A program made the translations under genes and the position numbers. Below, piece by piece: positions 25,119 through 38,288 of a DNA stretch of 64,000 bases. The number at the start of each line of letters is the position of its first letter. The stretch's first letter is position 1. Origin of the DNA: Lytechinus variegatus (Eukaryota); the NCBI RefSeq assembly GCF_018143015.1, contig NC_054751.1:28449438-28513437 (forward strand), written 5' to 3'. The notes below the pieces were generated by a model, which was given only the letters and a program-made list of their open reading frames with translations, did not search any database and was not told where the DNA came from.

Positions 25119-25267
25119 CCATCAAGCCGCTCCCTGTGGTGAAAGCAAATCAAGCCATCCGTCTGTTCGCCCTAGTTGATCACACCAGCCCTGAAGGGGT
25201 GAAGAGATACGCTGGTGATGAATGGCAGTATCACGGACCACTCACATACAAACCCACCGCTGAGGCA
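25119..25267 (+). CDS. MVP: MVP exon 5 (MVP repeat 1)
   Basis: Acceptor ctacccAG, donor GTAAGA at 25268. PIKPLPVVKANQAIRLFALVDHTSPEGVKRYAGDEWQYHGPLTYKPTAEA matches MVP repeat 1 (PLQVVLPNTALHLKALLD...AGDEWLFEGPGTYIP). Confidence 0.9.
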
Positions 25268-25644
25268 GTAAGATCTCTCTCTCTTAATTTCCATACCAAC
25301 TATCTTACCTATTATTTTTTTCATTTTCCATGACTTTCTTGCAATTCAGTATGAATGTGTGACATCATTTTTCTTTTGTGCATTTTAGCATTTTTATGAC
25401 CATATTTCACTGAAATGCCCCCCCCCCCCAAAAAAAAAAAAGTTTTGTGAGATCATTGCTTTGTTGCTCTATTATGATTTCCAATTATTATAAGATTTGA
25501 TGTTATGGCAGGATTCCTGTATGCAACTACATGTACATAAAAAAATATATTTTAGCAGCGTGGGTGTATTATGAAATAATTAGTTTTCCTTGTATATTCA
25601 CACACTATTTATTGAAGTATGTATTTTCTGTGTTTTATTAACAG

Positions 25645-25736
25645 AAAATTGTTAAGTTTGTTGATGCTGTCGTTCTAACCAGTGGGGAAGCCTTACATCT
25701 CACAGCAAAGAGAGAGCTAATTGACAGTAAAGGAGT
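25645..25736 (+). CDS. MVP: MVP exon 6
   Basis: Acceptor ttattaacAG, donor GTAAGT at 25737. KIVKFVDAVVLTSGEALHLTAKRELIDSKG(V) matches MVP (DLVDAVILTEKTALHLRA). Confidence 0.85.
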
Positions 25737-25744
25737 GTAAGTTA

Positions 25745-25862
25745 TAGTAACCTAATGGATGGATGGGTGGGTGGGTGGGTGGACGGACGGACGGTTGGAT
25801 GGATGGGTGGGTGGGGGATGGACGGTTGGACGAACGGATGGATGGATGGGAGGATGGATGAG
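25745..25862. repeat. G-rich minisatellite (GGATGGATGGGTGGGTGG / GGACGGACGG variants)
   Basis: Tandem GGATGG / GGGTGG / GGACGG units begin 9 bp after the MVP exon 6 donor. Confidence 0.85.
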
Positions 25863-26372
25863 TAATCACTGGATGGATTTATAGGTCAACAAATCAATGG
25901 ATTGACAAATGAATAGACAGAGAAATGAATGGACTGATGAAAAGAAAGATTTACAGATAAAGTGATGATCAATATGAATGAATTACTCACACCTCAGTGA
26001 ATGAAGGAAAAAATGATTGGTTTTCAACTTTATAAAGAGACAAATTTAATGATCAAACAGATTAATATAATAATTGGTAACAATATATGTCGCGGTCTAT
26101 TTAACAATGGATCTTTACTTGAATAGATGGGTTGAGTGAAAATATGAGTGAGGATAAGAAATGCTTCATCAGGAGTTCAAGAAATTGGGAGAAAAAAGAA
26201 CATGAACATTTATAAATCATGAAATAAACGAAGTCTTAAAATAAACGTTTTTCTTTTTTATATGTGTCTGTGCGTGTGATTGAAAAATATTCCAGAGGTG
26301 CTCATTTTTAAGAAGTATTCTAGATCTGTGATTGTCAGAGTCAGGCAGTTCTTTTTTTTCATCATTTTTCAG

Positions 26373-26442
26373 AAAACGGGAAGTACAGGAGGAATGGTTG
26401 GTCAGAGAAGAAGGAGCATATCTCCCAGGGATTTATGAAGAG
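26373..26442 (+). CDS. MVP: MVP exon 7
   Basis: Acceptor catttttcAG, weak donor GTTAGC at 26443. (V)KREVQEEWLVREEGAYLPGIYEE matches MVP ([21 protein letters not shown]). Confidence 0.8.
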
Positions 26443-27030
26443 GTTAGCAAAACTAGCTAAATTATTCAGATTTGTTCCCAAGGATGGGAGGGGGCTGGCA
26501 GTAGCATGGTTTGGAGAATTTTCTGGTAAAAACATTTTTTTATAAGCAAAGTAGGGTAAAGGGTTACCACCAGTTCTTGAAGCACTTTTCTGTGCCAAAC
26601 TTTGTGACAATTTTGACATTTGACATGTTGAATAGGATGTTCCCTCCTCAGGTTGAGGGGATGGGTACGAGATTTGAGTTTGACGGGTTGGTGTCTTTGA
26701 AGCTGCCAAACAGTAAATATTGTTACAAAAATTTGCAGCAAACGTAATAAACTGCATGTTATGAATATGAAAAGCAAAATTTAATGGCAATATTTACACC
26801 AGAATGATGAATTTTAGCATCATAATTAACAGCTTGGCACATTTTCCTATAAAGAATTGGCAAGAATATCCTTGATTTATTATTCACCCTTGCAACAAAA
26901 CTTCCATGGTTTTGTTTTCAGAACAGAAATATGTGTTCTTCTCTTTAATTGACTGAAAAGACTGTGGGTTTAGAGGATGATTAAAAATTTCCTTTTCAAT
27001 GCCAAGTGCATTACATTTTCAAGTAGATCA

Positions 27031-27723
27031 GGGGGGTGTTTCACAAAGATTTGAGTATGACTGAGAGTTGCACTCATTATAAAAGGCATGGTTGCGTTGG
27101 TCAGATTATGCTAAGAGGATGCACATAACTGCGTATTAATCACTATTATAAAACGGGTTCAAGGATGTAGCCAATGGCGAGTGCGTATTCAAGTCACGTG
27201 TTCATGCTTTAATTATGCGCAACCTTCCAGTCGTGCATTTTTCGTGCAGCACTGTGCATTTTTTGTGCAGCATAAACTGATACGCGTTCTGTAAAAGAGG
27301 CTGGCTAGGATTTTGATGCGCTTACTAAGGCGCGCATAGTAGATACGCTTGTGATGTCATAATTGACAGTCTTGTTATCTCTTCGTCTGTGCGATCGTAC
27401 ACAAGTTGGAGGGATTTGAACAAGATTTCCATGAAAACTTCATTTTGCCGACCCGTTTTATAAAACAATTAATGCACATTTTAAGATTCGTGATGTTAGT
27501 GATGATGCAAGCAACTCTCAGGCATTCACAATATTATGCAAAAGCACTCGGCGCAATTGCCTCTTGCTTTCGCATAATTGTAAATACCCTCGAGTGTGCT
27601 GCATCGTCATAACACACTCATAAATGTGCATTATTTGTATATTATTACACATTGCCTATTATGTATGCGTCGGCATTTAACTGCGACTCTTAAGTCATAC
27701 TTAAATCTTTGTGAAACACCCAC
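27031..27723. mobile_element. MITE (TIR GGGGTGTTTCACAAAGATTTGAGTATGAC), MVP intron 7
   Basis: The start at 27031 and the reverse-complement terminus GTCATACTTAAATCTTTGTGAAACACCC ending at 27723 are inverted repeats. No credible ORF lies between them. Confidence 0.7.
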
Positions 27724-28017
27724 TGATTATGATATCAAATTCACCGTCTATAGAGCTGAAGGAGCATGATGAGAACTTACTTGTTGAACTAAATGATTTG
27801 AGTTTAGTTTTTAAGGCTTCATCAGTGATTCACTCTTTGATATCTTGATGAAGATGAAGGCTATTACATAAAATGACCTTTCATTGACAAATCATGGGAA
27901 AATCAAGGCTAATCCCAGAACAGAGAAGGGATTCAAGTCTTTCACTCGGCTGCATGCCTGGGGGTGTTATGTAATAGATGCCGGCATGTCTGGGAGGTCT
28001 ATAAGAGAGCAATAGAG

Positions 28018-28468
28018 GCCGTTCTCATTACGCTTTCTAAAACTAGTTTACTGGAAACCGATTCAGGAAACCACTTTGGAAGATCGCTTTGCTAGCGTTC
28101 TCACTTGATCACACGAAAGTGGTTTTCAAAATCACTTCACGTAAAGCGCTCTTGTTGCTATGGAAACGCTCTCAGTGGGGCGAGACGTTTCGCGCAAAAT
28201 TCGAAACCGCAGCATAGGCATTCTTCACCTGTTGTGTGGAGTAGCGCGCTCAAAATGTGCGAAGATCGCTTCCCGAAGAACGGTTGTGTCCTCACGGTAA
28301 AACCAGTTTAACGAGGCAAACCGATCTTGAAAACTACATCGCGAGGTGGTTTTCCAAACTGGTTTGGAAGATCGCTTCCAAGACCGCTTTGACCGTTCTC
28401 ACTACGCGTTAAACTAGTTTCCACTAAACTAGTTTCCAGTAAACTAGTTTTAGGAACGTAGTGAGAAC
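28018..28468. mobile_element. Foldback-type element, MVP intron 7
   Basis: GTTCTCATTACGCTTTCTAAAACTAGT at 28022 pairs with ACTAGTTTTAGGAACGTAGTGAGAAC at 28441-28466. Internal repeats are AAACTAGTTT(C/A)C and GGAAGATCGCTT. Confidence 0.6.
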
Positions 28469-28823
28469 AGCCTCCTTGTTAGTAGACTAACCAACCAGAA
28501 GTAAACTGCTTGCTTTCACTCTGAAACATGTAACTTCACAGAGGTTATTTATTTTGGTTTAGCAATCAAAAGACCTGCTATGAGTCTAGGAATTGTTGGA
28601 AACTAGAACTTCGATGATCCAAAGTAAATAGCCATCACGAGTTAGGTCAAATTCGTGCTGTCCGAACTTTTTTCACATTAGTCTGACGGGCGCTCACGAC
28701 GGATGGATTATATCATGCAAGTCAATTGGCCTTTTGCAAATTTCGTATTGATTCAATTTCCCCCATGAGTTTTCAATGGGATTGCTCTTTAACAGCAAGC
28801 AATTTATTATATTTGAATGACAG

Positions 28824-28985
28824 GTAATCAAGGTGGTCCAGCCATTCAGGTTGACCCCTACCACTGGTCTTCACCTGAAGACCATTCACAGCTGCAAGGA
28901 TGCCCTGGGTAGGGAGCGGTCAGCAGGAGAAGAGTGGTTAGTCACCGACAAGGACACGGACTCGTATGTACCTGAGATAGGCGAG
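28824..28985 (+). CDS. MVP: MVP exon 8 (MVP repeat)
   Basis: Acceptor atgacAG, donor GTAGGC at 28986. VIKVVQPFRLTPTTGLHLKTIHSCKDALGRERSAGEEWLVTDKDTDSYVPEIGE matches [24 protein letters not shown]. Confidence 0.9.
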
Positions 28986-29030
28986 GTAGGCTCATATCAC
29001 TTTTATTTCTGATTTGGTGATATTTGTGAT

Positions 29031-29303
29031 CTGGGCCCCGTCTTACAAAGAGTGACGATTGATCCAATTGATCGTAACTCTATGGAAATCCATTAGTGTC
29101 ATAATTTTTTCTAAGGAAATTTGCAAAATGTCCTTTGTAAACGTAGGAGAATACACCAAATTGTCAAGAAATCAATGAATTTATGGATATACATTCATAT
29201 CTAGAAAAAAAAATGAGCAAACATGCATTTTATATGTTGACTTTGCTGGCTTTCCATAGTTGCGATTGATCGGATTTGCAAATCTTAGTAAGACGGGGCT
29301 CTG
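29031..29303. mobile_element. MITE (TIR CTGGGCCCCGTCTTACAAAGAGT), MVP intron 8
   Basis: Inverted termini are at 29031 and 29285-29303. A second copy lies at 29656-29931 in the same intron. Related copies are at 20340-20500 and 45395-45535. Confidence 0.7.
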
Positions 29304-30198
29304 GATTTCTGTAAGTGATATTTCTCTGTGACATTACAAAGGGTTCAAGAGCACAGTAAATGTCTTTGTCAAATTGGTTAACCGGAACAGCAGTTTTGTC
29401 CCAAGTTTCGGAGCTGATGGAATATTGCGAATCATTGTTTGTCGAGAGTGAAGGACGAAAGAGCTGTTTTTGATTCACCAATTTTCTACGAAAGCTTCTT
29501 GGTTGTTCTTTATCTTGTAGGGCATTTGACAATAAATTTTCTCTGTATGATTGAACCCTCCATCATACATTGAGTGAAAACGTGACAAATATCAAAAAGT
29601 CAGGTCCACCATTTATGGAATATTTTCCTTAGATATAAAAATGGAGTGTATTAACCTGGGCCCCATCTTGCAAAGAGTTGTGATTGATTTGATCAATCAC
29701 AACTATGGACGGCCATCAACGTCAACATCTATTATGTATGTGTGTTCAAAATATTTTCTAGCTGTGATGTATATTCCTGCATTCATTGTTTTCTTGAAAA
29801 TTCACTGTGTTTCTCTTTGTTTACAAAGGACATTGTGCAAATTTCCTGTAGAAAAAATTATGACACTGATGGATTTCCATATAGGTATGATTGATTGGAT
29901 CAGTCGTAACTCTGTGTAAGACAGGGCCCAGGTGATTTTATAAAGAAAGGAGGACTGCTTTTGAGAAAAGGTCAGGTTGCGCAAATGCATAGCCCATTGT
30001 GATCACTTAATTGATTATCAACACTAACCTGCTTCTGTATGCATATTGGATTGAAAATAATTGAATACCAATTTTTGTTATGGGTTTTGTAAAAGTTTGG
30101 TTTCTAAAACATTTTAGATCTGGCAATGATGGTGGTATGATTATTTACATTAAGCAATCAGGAATTCATAATTATTTCACTCTTTTTTTTTATTACAG

Positions 30199-30340
30199 GA
30201 AGTAATTTGTATGGTGTCTAAGACTGTCTTACAAAAGGGGCAATACTGTGTGGTCAAGAACCCTGTTGATACGACAGGCAAACCTCAGTATGGCAAGTTG
30301 AAACTTTTCAAGGGAATCGCAAGCTTCTTCCTCCATCCAG
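30199..30340 (+). CDS. MVP: MVP exon 9
   Basis: Acceptor tttttttattacAG, donor GTGAGT at 30341. EVICMVSKTVLQKGQYCVVKNPVDTTGKPQYGKLKLFKGIASFFLHP matches [23 protein letters not shown]...KSFFLQPG. Confidence 0.9.
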
Positions 30341-31415
30341 GTGAGTAAAAATAATCTTGAGAACCCAGTTAATTCCACAGTCAGGTTAATCAAAGTATGG
30401 CAAGTTGAAACTTACATGTATCAAGGGGATCGCAAGCTTCTTCCTACACCCAAAATTAGTAGAAAAATCCTATTCAAAGGGGTTACAGCTACAGTTTATT
30501 TATGATAATGGTAATGTTATGTAGCAATGCAGCTGTGTGCTGTAAAATTGTCTACTTGCACATCAATTCATTTTTATATCCATGTTTTGGTGTTTTTGTT
30601 TGAAAAAAACAACTTGTATTCAGCTTTGGTAAAAAAAAAAAAATAGTTTACATTAGGTCTGAATACATAGTGGCTTTGGCAAGATTATCTAATTACTACT
30701 GGGTTTGAATCTCAGCCACGGCGTGTTTTCCTTCAGCAAGAAATTTATCCACACTGTGCTGCACTCGACCCAGGTGAGGAGAATGGGTACCTGGCAGGAG
30801 TAATTCCTTACATGCACTGAGCGCTGGTGATGGTAGCTTGAGCTAAAGCCGGGGTAATAATAGCAGCGCAAAAAGCGCTTTATAAATCCAGCTATTATTA
30901 TTACTGAATTCTTCAATTCCTATACAGTTTGGACAGGTATGTCTCATTTCCAGTATTATAAGATTAATCCATTTGCTGTGAGAATCAGATGGTCCTGTAT
31001 TAAATCCACCATAAATAAGCAATTTAGTGCTCAAGTCTTGATAGAATAACTTTCATTCTGTAAAGTGACTGCATTAAAACCTTTTTATTGCTGCATTTTG
31101 CCTTATAGAGTTTGATTATGAGAATTTAATTGAGATTAATAGTGAATGTCTTTACAGGTAGTGATTGTGACATTTCCATGATGTTGCCAATTTTAAAGAT
31201 TTCACTGATTGTTATATTTTTTGTCAACAATTATATGAAATGCACACAGACTGTGTTTCATGTATTTTTCTCTTTCTTGGATGTATTTGCCACCCCCCTC
31301 CTCCTTTTCTAGCTGTATGATCTACTAAAATACATGTAGCTTGGCTTTGTTAGATTTAATACACCTATTTAAATATAGTCCATTTAAAAAGAATCTTTTC
31401 TTTTATGTATTGCAG

Positions 31416-31517
31416 GTGAAATTATTGAAGAAGGCATCAAATCCCAATATGTACTAGGTGAAGATGAAGCCTTGGTGTTGGAGTGTGTAGAGAACTTCAC
31501 CGATGACGCAGTTCCAG
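31416..31517 (+). CDS. MVP: MVP exon 10
   Basis: Acceptor tattgcAG; donor GTTAGT at 31518 runs directly into the (AGT)n tract. GEIIEEGIKSQYVLGEDEALVLECVENFTDDAVP matches EQLEQGIQDVYVLSEQQGLLL. Confidence 0.85.
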
Positions 31518-31518
31518 G

Positions 31519-32337
<819 letters not shown>

Positions 32338-32338
<1 letters not shown>

Positions 32339-32460
32339 ATGATGGTGATGATGATGACGATGATGTTGATGATGACGATGATGATGTTGATGATGATGAT
32401 GGTGATGATGATGTTCATGATGTTGATGGTGATGATGATGACGATAATGTTGATGATGAC
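32338..32460. repeat. (GATGAT/GATGAC)n microsatellite adjoining the AGT tract
   Basis: GATGGTGATGATGATGACGATGATGTTGATGATGAC... continues to 32460. Confidence 0.9.
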
Positions 32461-32515
32461 GATGACGGCAACAAAAAAAAACATTATGGTGATCGTACGT
32501 CTTAATAATTTCTAG

Positions 32516-32624
32516 GAGGGAAAGTTCGCAAACCTGGAGATCGATGGATGATCAGAGGGCCTAAGAGTTACATTCCTCCCACACAAGTCAAAGAATTAGA
32601 TCAAGGAAACTCTCAAGTCATCAG
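32516..32624 (+). CDS. MVP: MVP exon 11
   Basis: Acceptor aataatttctAG, donor GTATGT at 32625. GGKVRKPGDRWMIRGPKSYIPPTQVKELDQGNSQVI matches [28 protein letters not shown]. Confidence 0.9.
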
Positions 32625-32887
32625 GTATGTCATTCAATTTTCCTCTGTACCTGTATACAGTGGTGCTAAAAAGTTAGAGACTTTACCTGCCCTTTTTCTC
32701 CCTTTAAATGTGGAAAATGAAAGAGTATTTTTTATTGAGTTGACTCCATATTCACATTGTTTTTGTGTAAATATTGATGTAATGGAAAATGTATTCTGTA
32801 TTTGCTAGCTCACTTGCTCTCTCTCTTTCTCTCCACCCAGTATTCACTCTCTTTGATTTTGCTTCTCTCTTATTATATGTATCACAG

Positions 32888-32948
32888 GAAAGCTATTCCT
32901 CTGGGTGAAAATGAAGGAATTTACATCAGAAATCTACAAAGTGGAGAG
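32888..32948 (+). CDS. MVP: MVP exon 12
   Basis: Acceptor atcacAG, donor GTGTGT at 32949. RKAIPLGENEGIYIRNLQSGE matches PLDENEGIYVQDVKTGKV. Confidence 0.9.
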
Positions 32949-33068
32949 GTGTGTAGATTTCAGTGGTGGTATATTAAACTTACCTGTTTGAAGTCATGTG
33001 AATAAAGCATCATCAATAGTTCACACTGTAGCATGCAATCATGGTAGGCAAACAATCGTTATTTTTAA

Positions 33069-33380
33069 CCCTGAATGGACTGGGCTATTTTGACGCCCAA
33101 GGAGACTCGGGGGAGCTGATTCAGCCCCCCCCCCCTTTATTATTTCGGCCGTCGATCGTGATGAAAATTGACACACACATTGCCCATGGCATAATCTACA
33201 AATTGTATGGTCAAATCTCATTTCTAATTTATGCATAAAATCAAAAGTTTGTTCTAATTAACTGAATAAGGCCCCTGAAATGCTAATTTTTGTTTCACAG
33301 TCTTTATCCGATTCTGATCAAATGTACTTAAAAAAATTTCAATATCACAACTATTTTCTAAAGATTGTTTGCTATTCTTT
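33069..33380. mobile_element. piggyBac-like MITE, 5' portion of the same family, ending at the MVP exon 13 acceptor
   Basis: TTAA at 33065-33068, then CCCTGAATGGACTGGGCTATTTTGACGCCCAAGGAGACTCGGGGGAGCTGATTCAGCCCCCCCCCC. The body is collinear with the 57040 copy up to about 33380. Confidence 0.65.
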
Positions 33381-33386
33381 AAACAG

Positions 33387-33481
33387 GTGAAAGTCATCAT
33401 GGGTCCAAAGTCATATCTCCTCAACGAACATGAGAAGCTATGGGAGAAGGAGTTAGACCCTCTGGTAGTGTCCATCCTCAA
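33387..33481 (+). CDS. MVP: MVP exon 13
   Basis: Acceptor ctttaaacAG, donor GTAAGT at 33482. VKVIMGPKSYLLNEHEKLWEKELDPLVVSIL matches [29 protein letters not shown]. Confidence 0.9.
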
Positions 33482-34461
33482 GTAAGTTCCTCATCTTATA
33501 AACAATGTTGTTATTTGATGCATGCTCTTATAAATATTAAAGTCAACTCTTTATGTAAATCCTGCTGTTTTCTATTGATGAAAAAATCAGGAAAAAATTG
33601 AAAAGTGGTTCCATATTGATTTGAGAATTTTTTTTCTTGAGAGTTACAATTGTTTTTTGAACGTGTATGTCCATTGCCTGAGCCCTGTATTATGCTTTTC
33701 ACACTGTATTTCCTTAAACCCATACTATGTTTGACCCCGTACTTTTGGGGTTTCACACTGTCTTTCTTAACCATAATGTTAATGTCTTAACCCCGAACTA
33801 TCGCACAGCTCATGAATATTGATAATTTTGCCACACAGAGCATGATTAACATGCAATTTTTACTTCTGTGATTGGCTAATGCTTAGCCCACTTTTCCTTA
33901 GCCCGATTTGGTTTCACACTGCAGTTCTAAGCACTGCAATTGTGGTGCTAGCACCTCAGTAAGCCGGCTAATCCTGCTTTTTAGCAGGGCAAGATAGTAA
34001 TAATAACAATAGGCATTTATACAGTGCCATCTATCTAGAAATATTCTATTCCGAGGCGCGTTATTATTATTATTACCCCTGCTTTAGCTCAGGCTGCCTT
34101 TCAGTGCTCATGCATTCAAGGAAATAATCTTGCTGGGTACCCATTCACCTCACCTGGGTTGAGTGCAGCACAATATGGATAAATTTCTTACTGAATGACA
34201 TTACGCCATGGCTGGGATTCAAAACCACAACCCTCTGTTTTAAAGTCAGAAGACTAATCCACTGGGCCACAGTGCTCCACTAGTACTATACTATTTTCTG
34301 TGCTAGCCCACTTTGGTAAAATATAGTGTGAAACCAAAGTGGGAAACCGAAGTGGGCTAAGCTTAACCCTGGGAAATAGCCCCACCTGTTTCCCGGGGTT
34401 GAGGAAAATTTCTGTAGTGTGAAAAGCATGTACATGTATGTGTCTTTTAATCTGTTTGTAG

Positions 34462-34546
34462 GAAAGGAGGAGGATTTGGTGAAGGAGACATCAGGAAGTT
34501 GGCTTATTTTGAACAATCCATTGACTCTGAGTATACTGGAAATAAG
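34462..34546 (+). CDS. MVP: MVP exon 14
   Basis: Acceptor tctgtttgtAG, donor GTAAGG at 34547. KKGGGFGEGDIRKLAYFEQSIDSEYTGNK. Phase is consistent. Confidence 0.8.
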
Positions 34547-35569
34547 GTAAGGCAAAGAGGCTCAGTGGTTGACGCAGTGGTGCAAGAATAGGCAGGTTGT
34601 CGGTTCACAAATGAGCCACTGAAAAATGGCTTTCAATAATTCAATCATAATTTTCATACTTGGGAAATGATGCATACTTTTCAGCTATGTCAATATGTCA
34701 ATTGTTTTCTACGAGAATAGCTTTTAAAAATAGTCATTATGAAAAGGGGGATTGGCAGGTTCGATGTTCAAACAATCACCACCGACAAATGGGTCAAATA
34801 ATTGTAAAAAAAAAAATTTCATGAAACAGTGTTGAAAGCTACTGAAATCCTTACATCTGATTGGCTGAAAGCAGATTAGTTATTGAAAATGGCTCACAAA
34901 ACTCTACATGAAATGCTCCCCTGATTGTACTTTGAGAGACATTACCCTTGAATACATGGTTAAGACAGAAAGTTCAAACAGTGACAATATGAAATATGCC
35001 TTAATTGAAATACAATTCTGAATTATGACAGTGGGTTAATTTCTGAATGTGGAGCTTTGCGGCACGGTAGATTAGTCTCTGGAGTTTGAAACAGGGGGTC
35101 GTGGGTTTGAATCCAAGCCATGGCAGCAGGAAGTTAATTCCTCAAAAAGCTGTGAGCAATGCGAGACTGTGTGTGTGTGTGTGTATTTGAGTTTTGTCAG
35201 AGGTGTAACAATCAGGTATGATTATTTACGTCTAGGACTGACCTTTAACGTCACCATCCGAAAGACGTTATCAGGGCTCGAACCTCTGCACCAATTTGTA
35301 ACTTCCCCACAGCTTGGATTACAGGCGCACGCCACAACGCCCAGCTAAGCTGGTAATAGGCTTACCTTCAGCCCCTACATGTAACAAGGTGGATATGTGT
35401 ATTATCCCAATACCCTATGTTATTATTATTATAATTATCATTAAATGTTTTGTATTAGATAACATGGATACTTTCATTCCAGGGGATGATTAAAAAAAAA
35501 ATCTGATGATTTTTAAAGTGGTTAAATGTTTTTGAAGATTCTTTTTTAACTCTCTCTCTCTTTAATTAT

Positions 35570-35626
35570 TATATTGCAGCCTAGAGATAAGACCAGAGCA
35601 GTGAGGTACAGATGCCCTCATAATAC
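35570..35626 (+). CDS. MVP: MVP exon 15
   Basis: Acceptor atattgcAG, donor GTGAGT at 35627. PRDKTRAVRYRCPHNTAVQ matches TRVVSYRVPHNAAVQ. Confidence 0.9.
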
Positions 35627-35823
35627 AGCAGTACAGGTGAGTGTAGTGGCAGCACCATGAGGAGGGGGTGGTGTGGTTTCACAAACAAAAACGTTCTATA
35701 AATAATTTTGCCCTTTTTGCCTGATTTCTTACAGATCTAAATCAACATCAAAATCAAGTGTTAAACTTAAACCTTGTAGGTTAACTTTCTTTAGGCATAC
35801 ATTATATCCATTTTGCATGACAG

Positions 35824-35920
35824 GTATATGAGTACCAGAAGAAGACGGCACGTGTTGTGTTTGGACCAGACATGGCTATTCTAGGACCTCATGAAGACTT
35901 CAATGTTCTTAGTCTCAGTG
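35824..35920 (+). CDS. MVP: MVP exon 16
   Basis: Acceptor gcatgacAG, donor GTATGT at 35921. [32 protein letters not shown] matches [32 protein letters not shown]. Confidence 0.92.
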
Positions 35921-36765
35921 GTATGTTAATACTTCATTACCCCTTTGACTCCCCAAATTAGTCTCTGTAATAGGCTTTGTACAGTGGCCATCTGGTTCCA
36001 GTAAGATACCGGTTAACTTTGAGTAGTTCATCACATTAAAGACAAAGAATTTATTGTAAAAAGCACAAAAAAATAATTTAAAAATATAGCTCAAGGTTTT
36101 GGAAAATCCTTTAAAGATTTAAAAAGTCGTTTGAATTTTAATTATATGATTTGTGACGTCATATGCGAGCAGCTTTCTTAAATATTGTAGGGTGAAAAAT
36201 CAGTGATATGTAATTTTTTCAGAAAATTGGTTTTACTGAAGCTTAAGTATATCAGTAGACAAATCATTTGACACCCGTTCCTAAATCGAAAACAAAAATA
36301 TGTCATCATTGACCATTGAAAAATTGAAATTTATGCATTTTATATTACATAACATATGGGGTAGCTGCTCGTTTGTGACATCACAAATCCAAAACTTTAA
36401 ACTCTAATAACTTAATCTTTATTGGATTTTCCTTAAACCTTTATCAATATTTGTTTATCATTTTTCCTGCTATTTTTACAACAAACTTTTCATCAGGGTG
36501 AACTTTTCTTTAACATTATTCTATTCGACCCAATTGAATCTGAACACACCCATTGTTGAAGAATGCAGTGATCTCGGCATTAAATAGGAAATATTTAGCA
36601 GGAAGATTTGAAGTCATTTGAATCATCAAAAGTGCCAAAAACTTACTGGGTTTTTCATGAAACATCCACCAATATCATGTTCTTATTGAAGCTGCTTTCA
36701 TTCAAATTGATTTATCACCAGGATGAACTTCTTCTTTAATTATTCATGCATTTACCTTTTTATAG

Positions 36766-36845
36766 CTGGTAAGCCAAAAGTGGAGAATGCTCTCAAAACT
36801 ATATGCCTCATGCTGGGACCAGATTACATCACAGATATTTTAGAG
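36766..36845 (+). CDS. MVP: MVP exon 17
   Basis: Acceptor ttttatAG, donor GTAAGC at 36846. AGKPKVENALKTICLMLGPDYITDILE matches RALCLLLGPDFFTDVITIE. Confidence 0.9.
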
Positions 36846-37019
36846 GTAAGCATTAAATGATAATATTTTCCTTCCCATCATTTCATGACTATCATAGTGT
36901 TAGAGAAAAAACAAATCCTTAACAAGAGGAGCATACATTTTAGATAAATCAGAGCAACGATATGAATAAAGTTGTTTCATAGCAGGCTAAAATTTTCATC
37001 TATGAAATAATAATAATAT

Positions 37020-37778
37020 TAGGGACAGTGATTTTCCGTTTCAGAAAATCTCAAATTCCGTTTCAGCATGTCTGAAAACGGAAATTCCGTTTCCCCATAG
37101 ACTTTGTGTACAAGAGAAATTGACAATTCCGTTTATATAGAAAACCAATACGCAACGAGTAGCTTTGTCAAAATGCTAGCGCTGCTCAAAATTTGCATCT
37201 ACCAATGTACTAACATCGCTTTAAAATCCATATTAATCGAAGAGATTCGAGCTCATGAAATATTTAGGGAAACATAATCAACATGAATATATTCTCACCT
37301 TTTATATTATTAGCATTATTTAATTGTTAAATGGGATTTTATCGCTGATTTGGGGACTTTTCGGACATCGTTTTGAACAGTCGATGACTTCCGAATATCC
37401 GCCATTTTGGATTTGATGAATCACCGTGATCATTATATTATGACCGAACGTAGAGGGCAGCAACACACGGCCGGATTCTGCCTTCTATGCGGACGTAAGT
37501 GAAAACTAATTTGGATATATACGATCGAGTGATGGAGAGGCTCGAGTGTAGTTACGATGTGTTGATTGTCATGATTGTTGTTGCAAAGTGAGATCGTGTT
37601 TTTTCAGTTGATATTCGTATTTTGTTGAGGATTTGGGATTAATTTCTGTTGCTTTTTTGTGCATTTTGAGAAAAACATGTTTTCCGTGATTTTCCGTTTG
37701 AAAAGCCACTTTCCGTTTCAAACAGCCGATTCCGTGAATTCCGTCCGTTTCCGCGATTGCGGAAAATCACTGTCCCTA
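37020..37778. mobile_element. TIR element with subterminal TTCCGTTTC repeats (hAT/MULE-like MITE), MVP intron 17
   Basis: TAGGGACAGTGATTTTCCG at 37020 pairs with CGGAAAATCACTGTCCCTA at 37760-37778. There are many subterminal TCCGTTTC motifs and a possible TAATAT flanking duplication. A fragment of the same family is at 58644-58730 in MAK16 intron 1. Confidence 0.7.
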
Positions 37779-38228
37779 TAATATGTGCAATTTGTAAGGC
37801 GCCATATCCATGTCATAAGAGATGCTCAAGGCGCACAAGTGAAGGGGGTAAAAAAATCACAAGCATCAGGAAATCATTGATAAAATGAGTTAAAGAGGTA
37901 CATTTTAAGCTTAATCTTAAATGTTTTGACACTCTTGCTATCCCGGATCTCTCGTGGGAGGGAATTCCATAGTGAGGGCCCCTCATGGATGAATGAAATG
38001 ATTAGCTTGACGTGATTTTCTTTCCAAAGTTGATCTGCATTGAGATTGTTTTTAATAGAACTCGTAAAAAGAATAAGTGTGGAAGCTTTATATCTTAAAA
38101 TGCAACATATTTTGCTCAAATTATAAAAAAAAATTGCAAAGTGCTTCAGTGTTATTTTAAATCAAGCATTTTACATTAATAAACATTAATATTTTTGTGA
38201 CTTATTTATTTTTACATTGTTTTCTTAG

Positions 38229-38288
38229 GTGGAGACGGCTGACCATGCAAGGCTAAAGATCAAGATCGCTTTCAACAACCATTTTGAG
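38229..38288 (+). CDS. MVP: MVP exon 18
   Basis: Acceptor tttcttAG, donor GTAGAT at 38289. VETADHARLKIKIAFNNHFE matches ETADHARLQLQLAYNWHFE. Confidence 0.92.
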
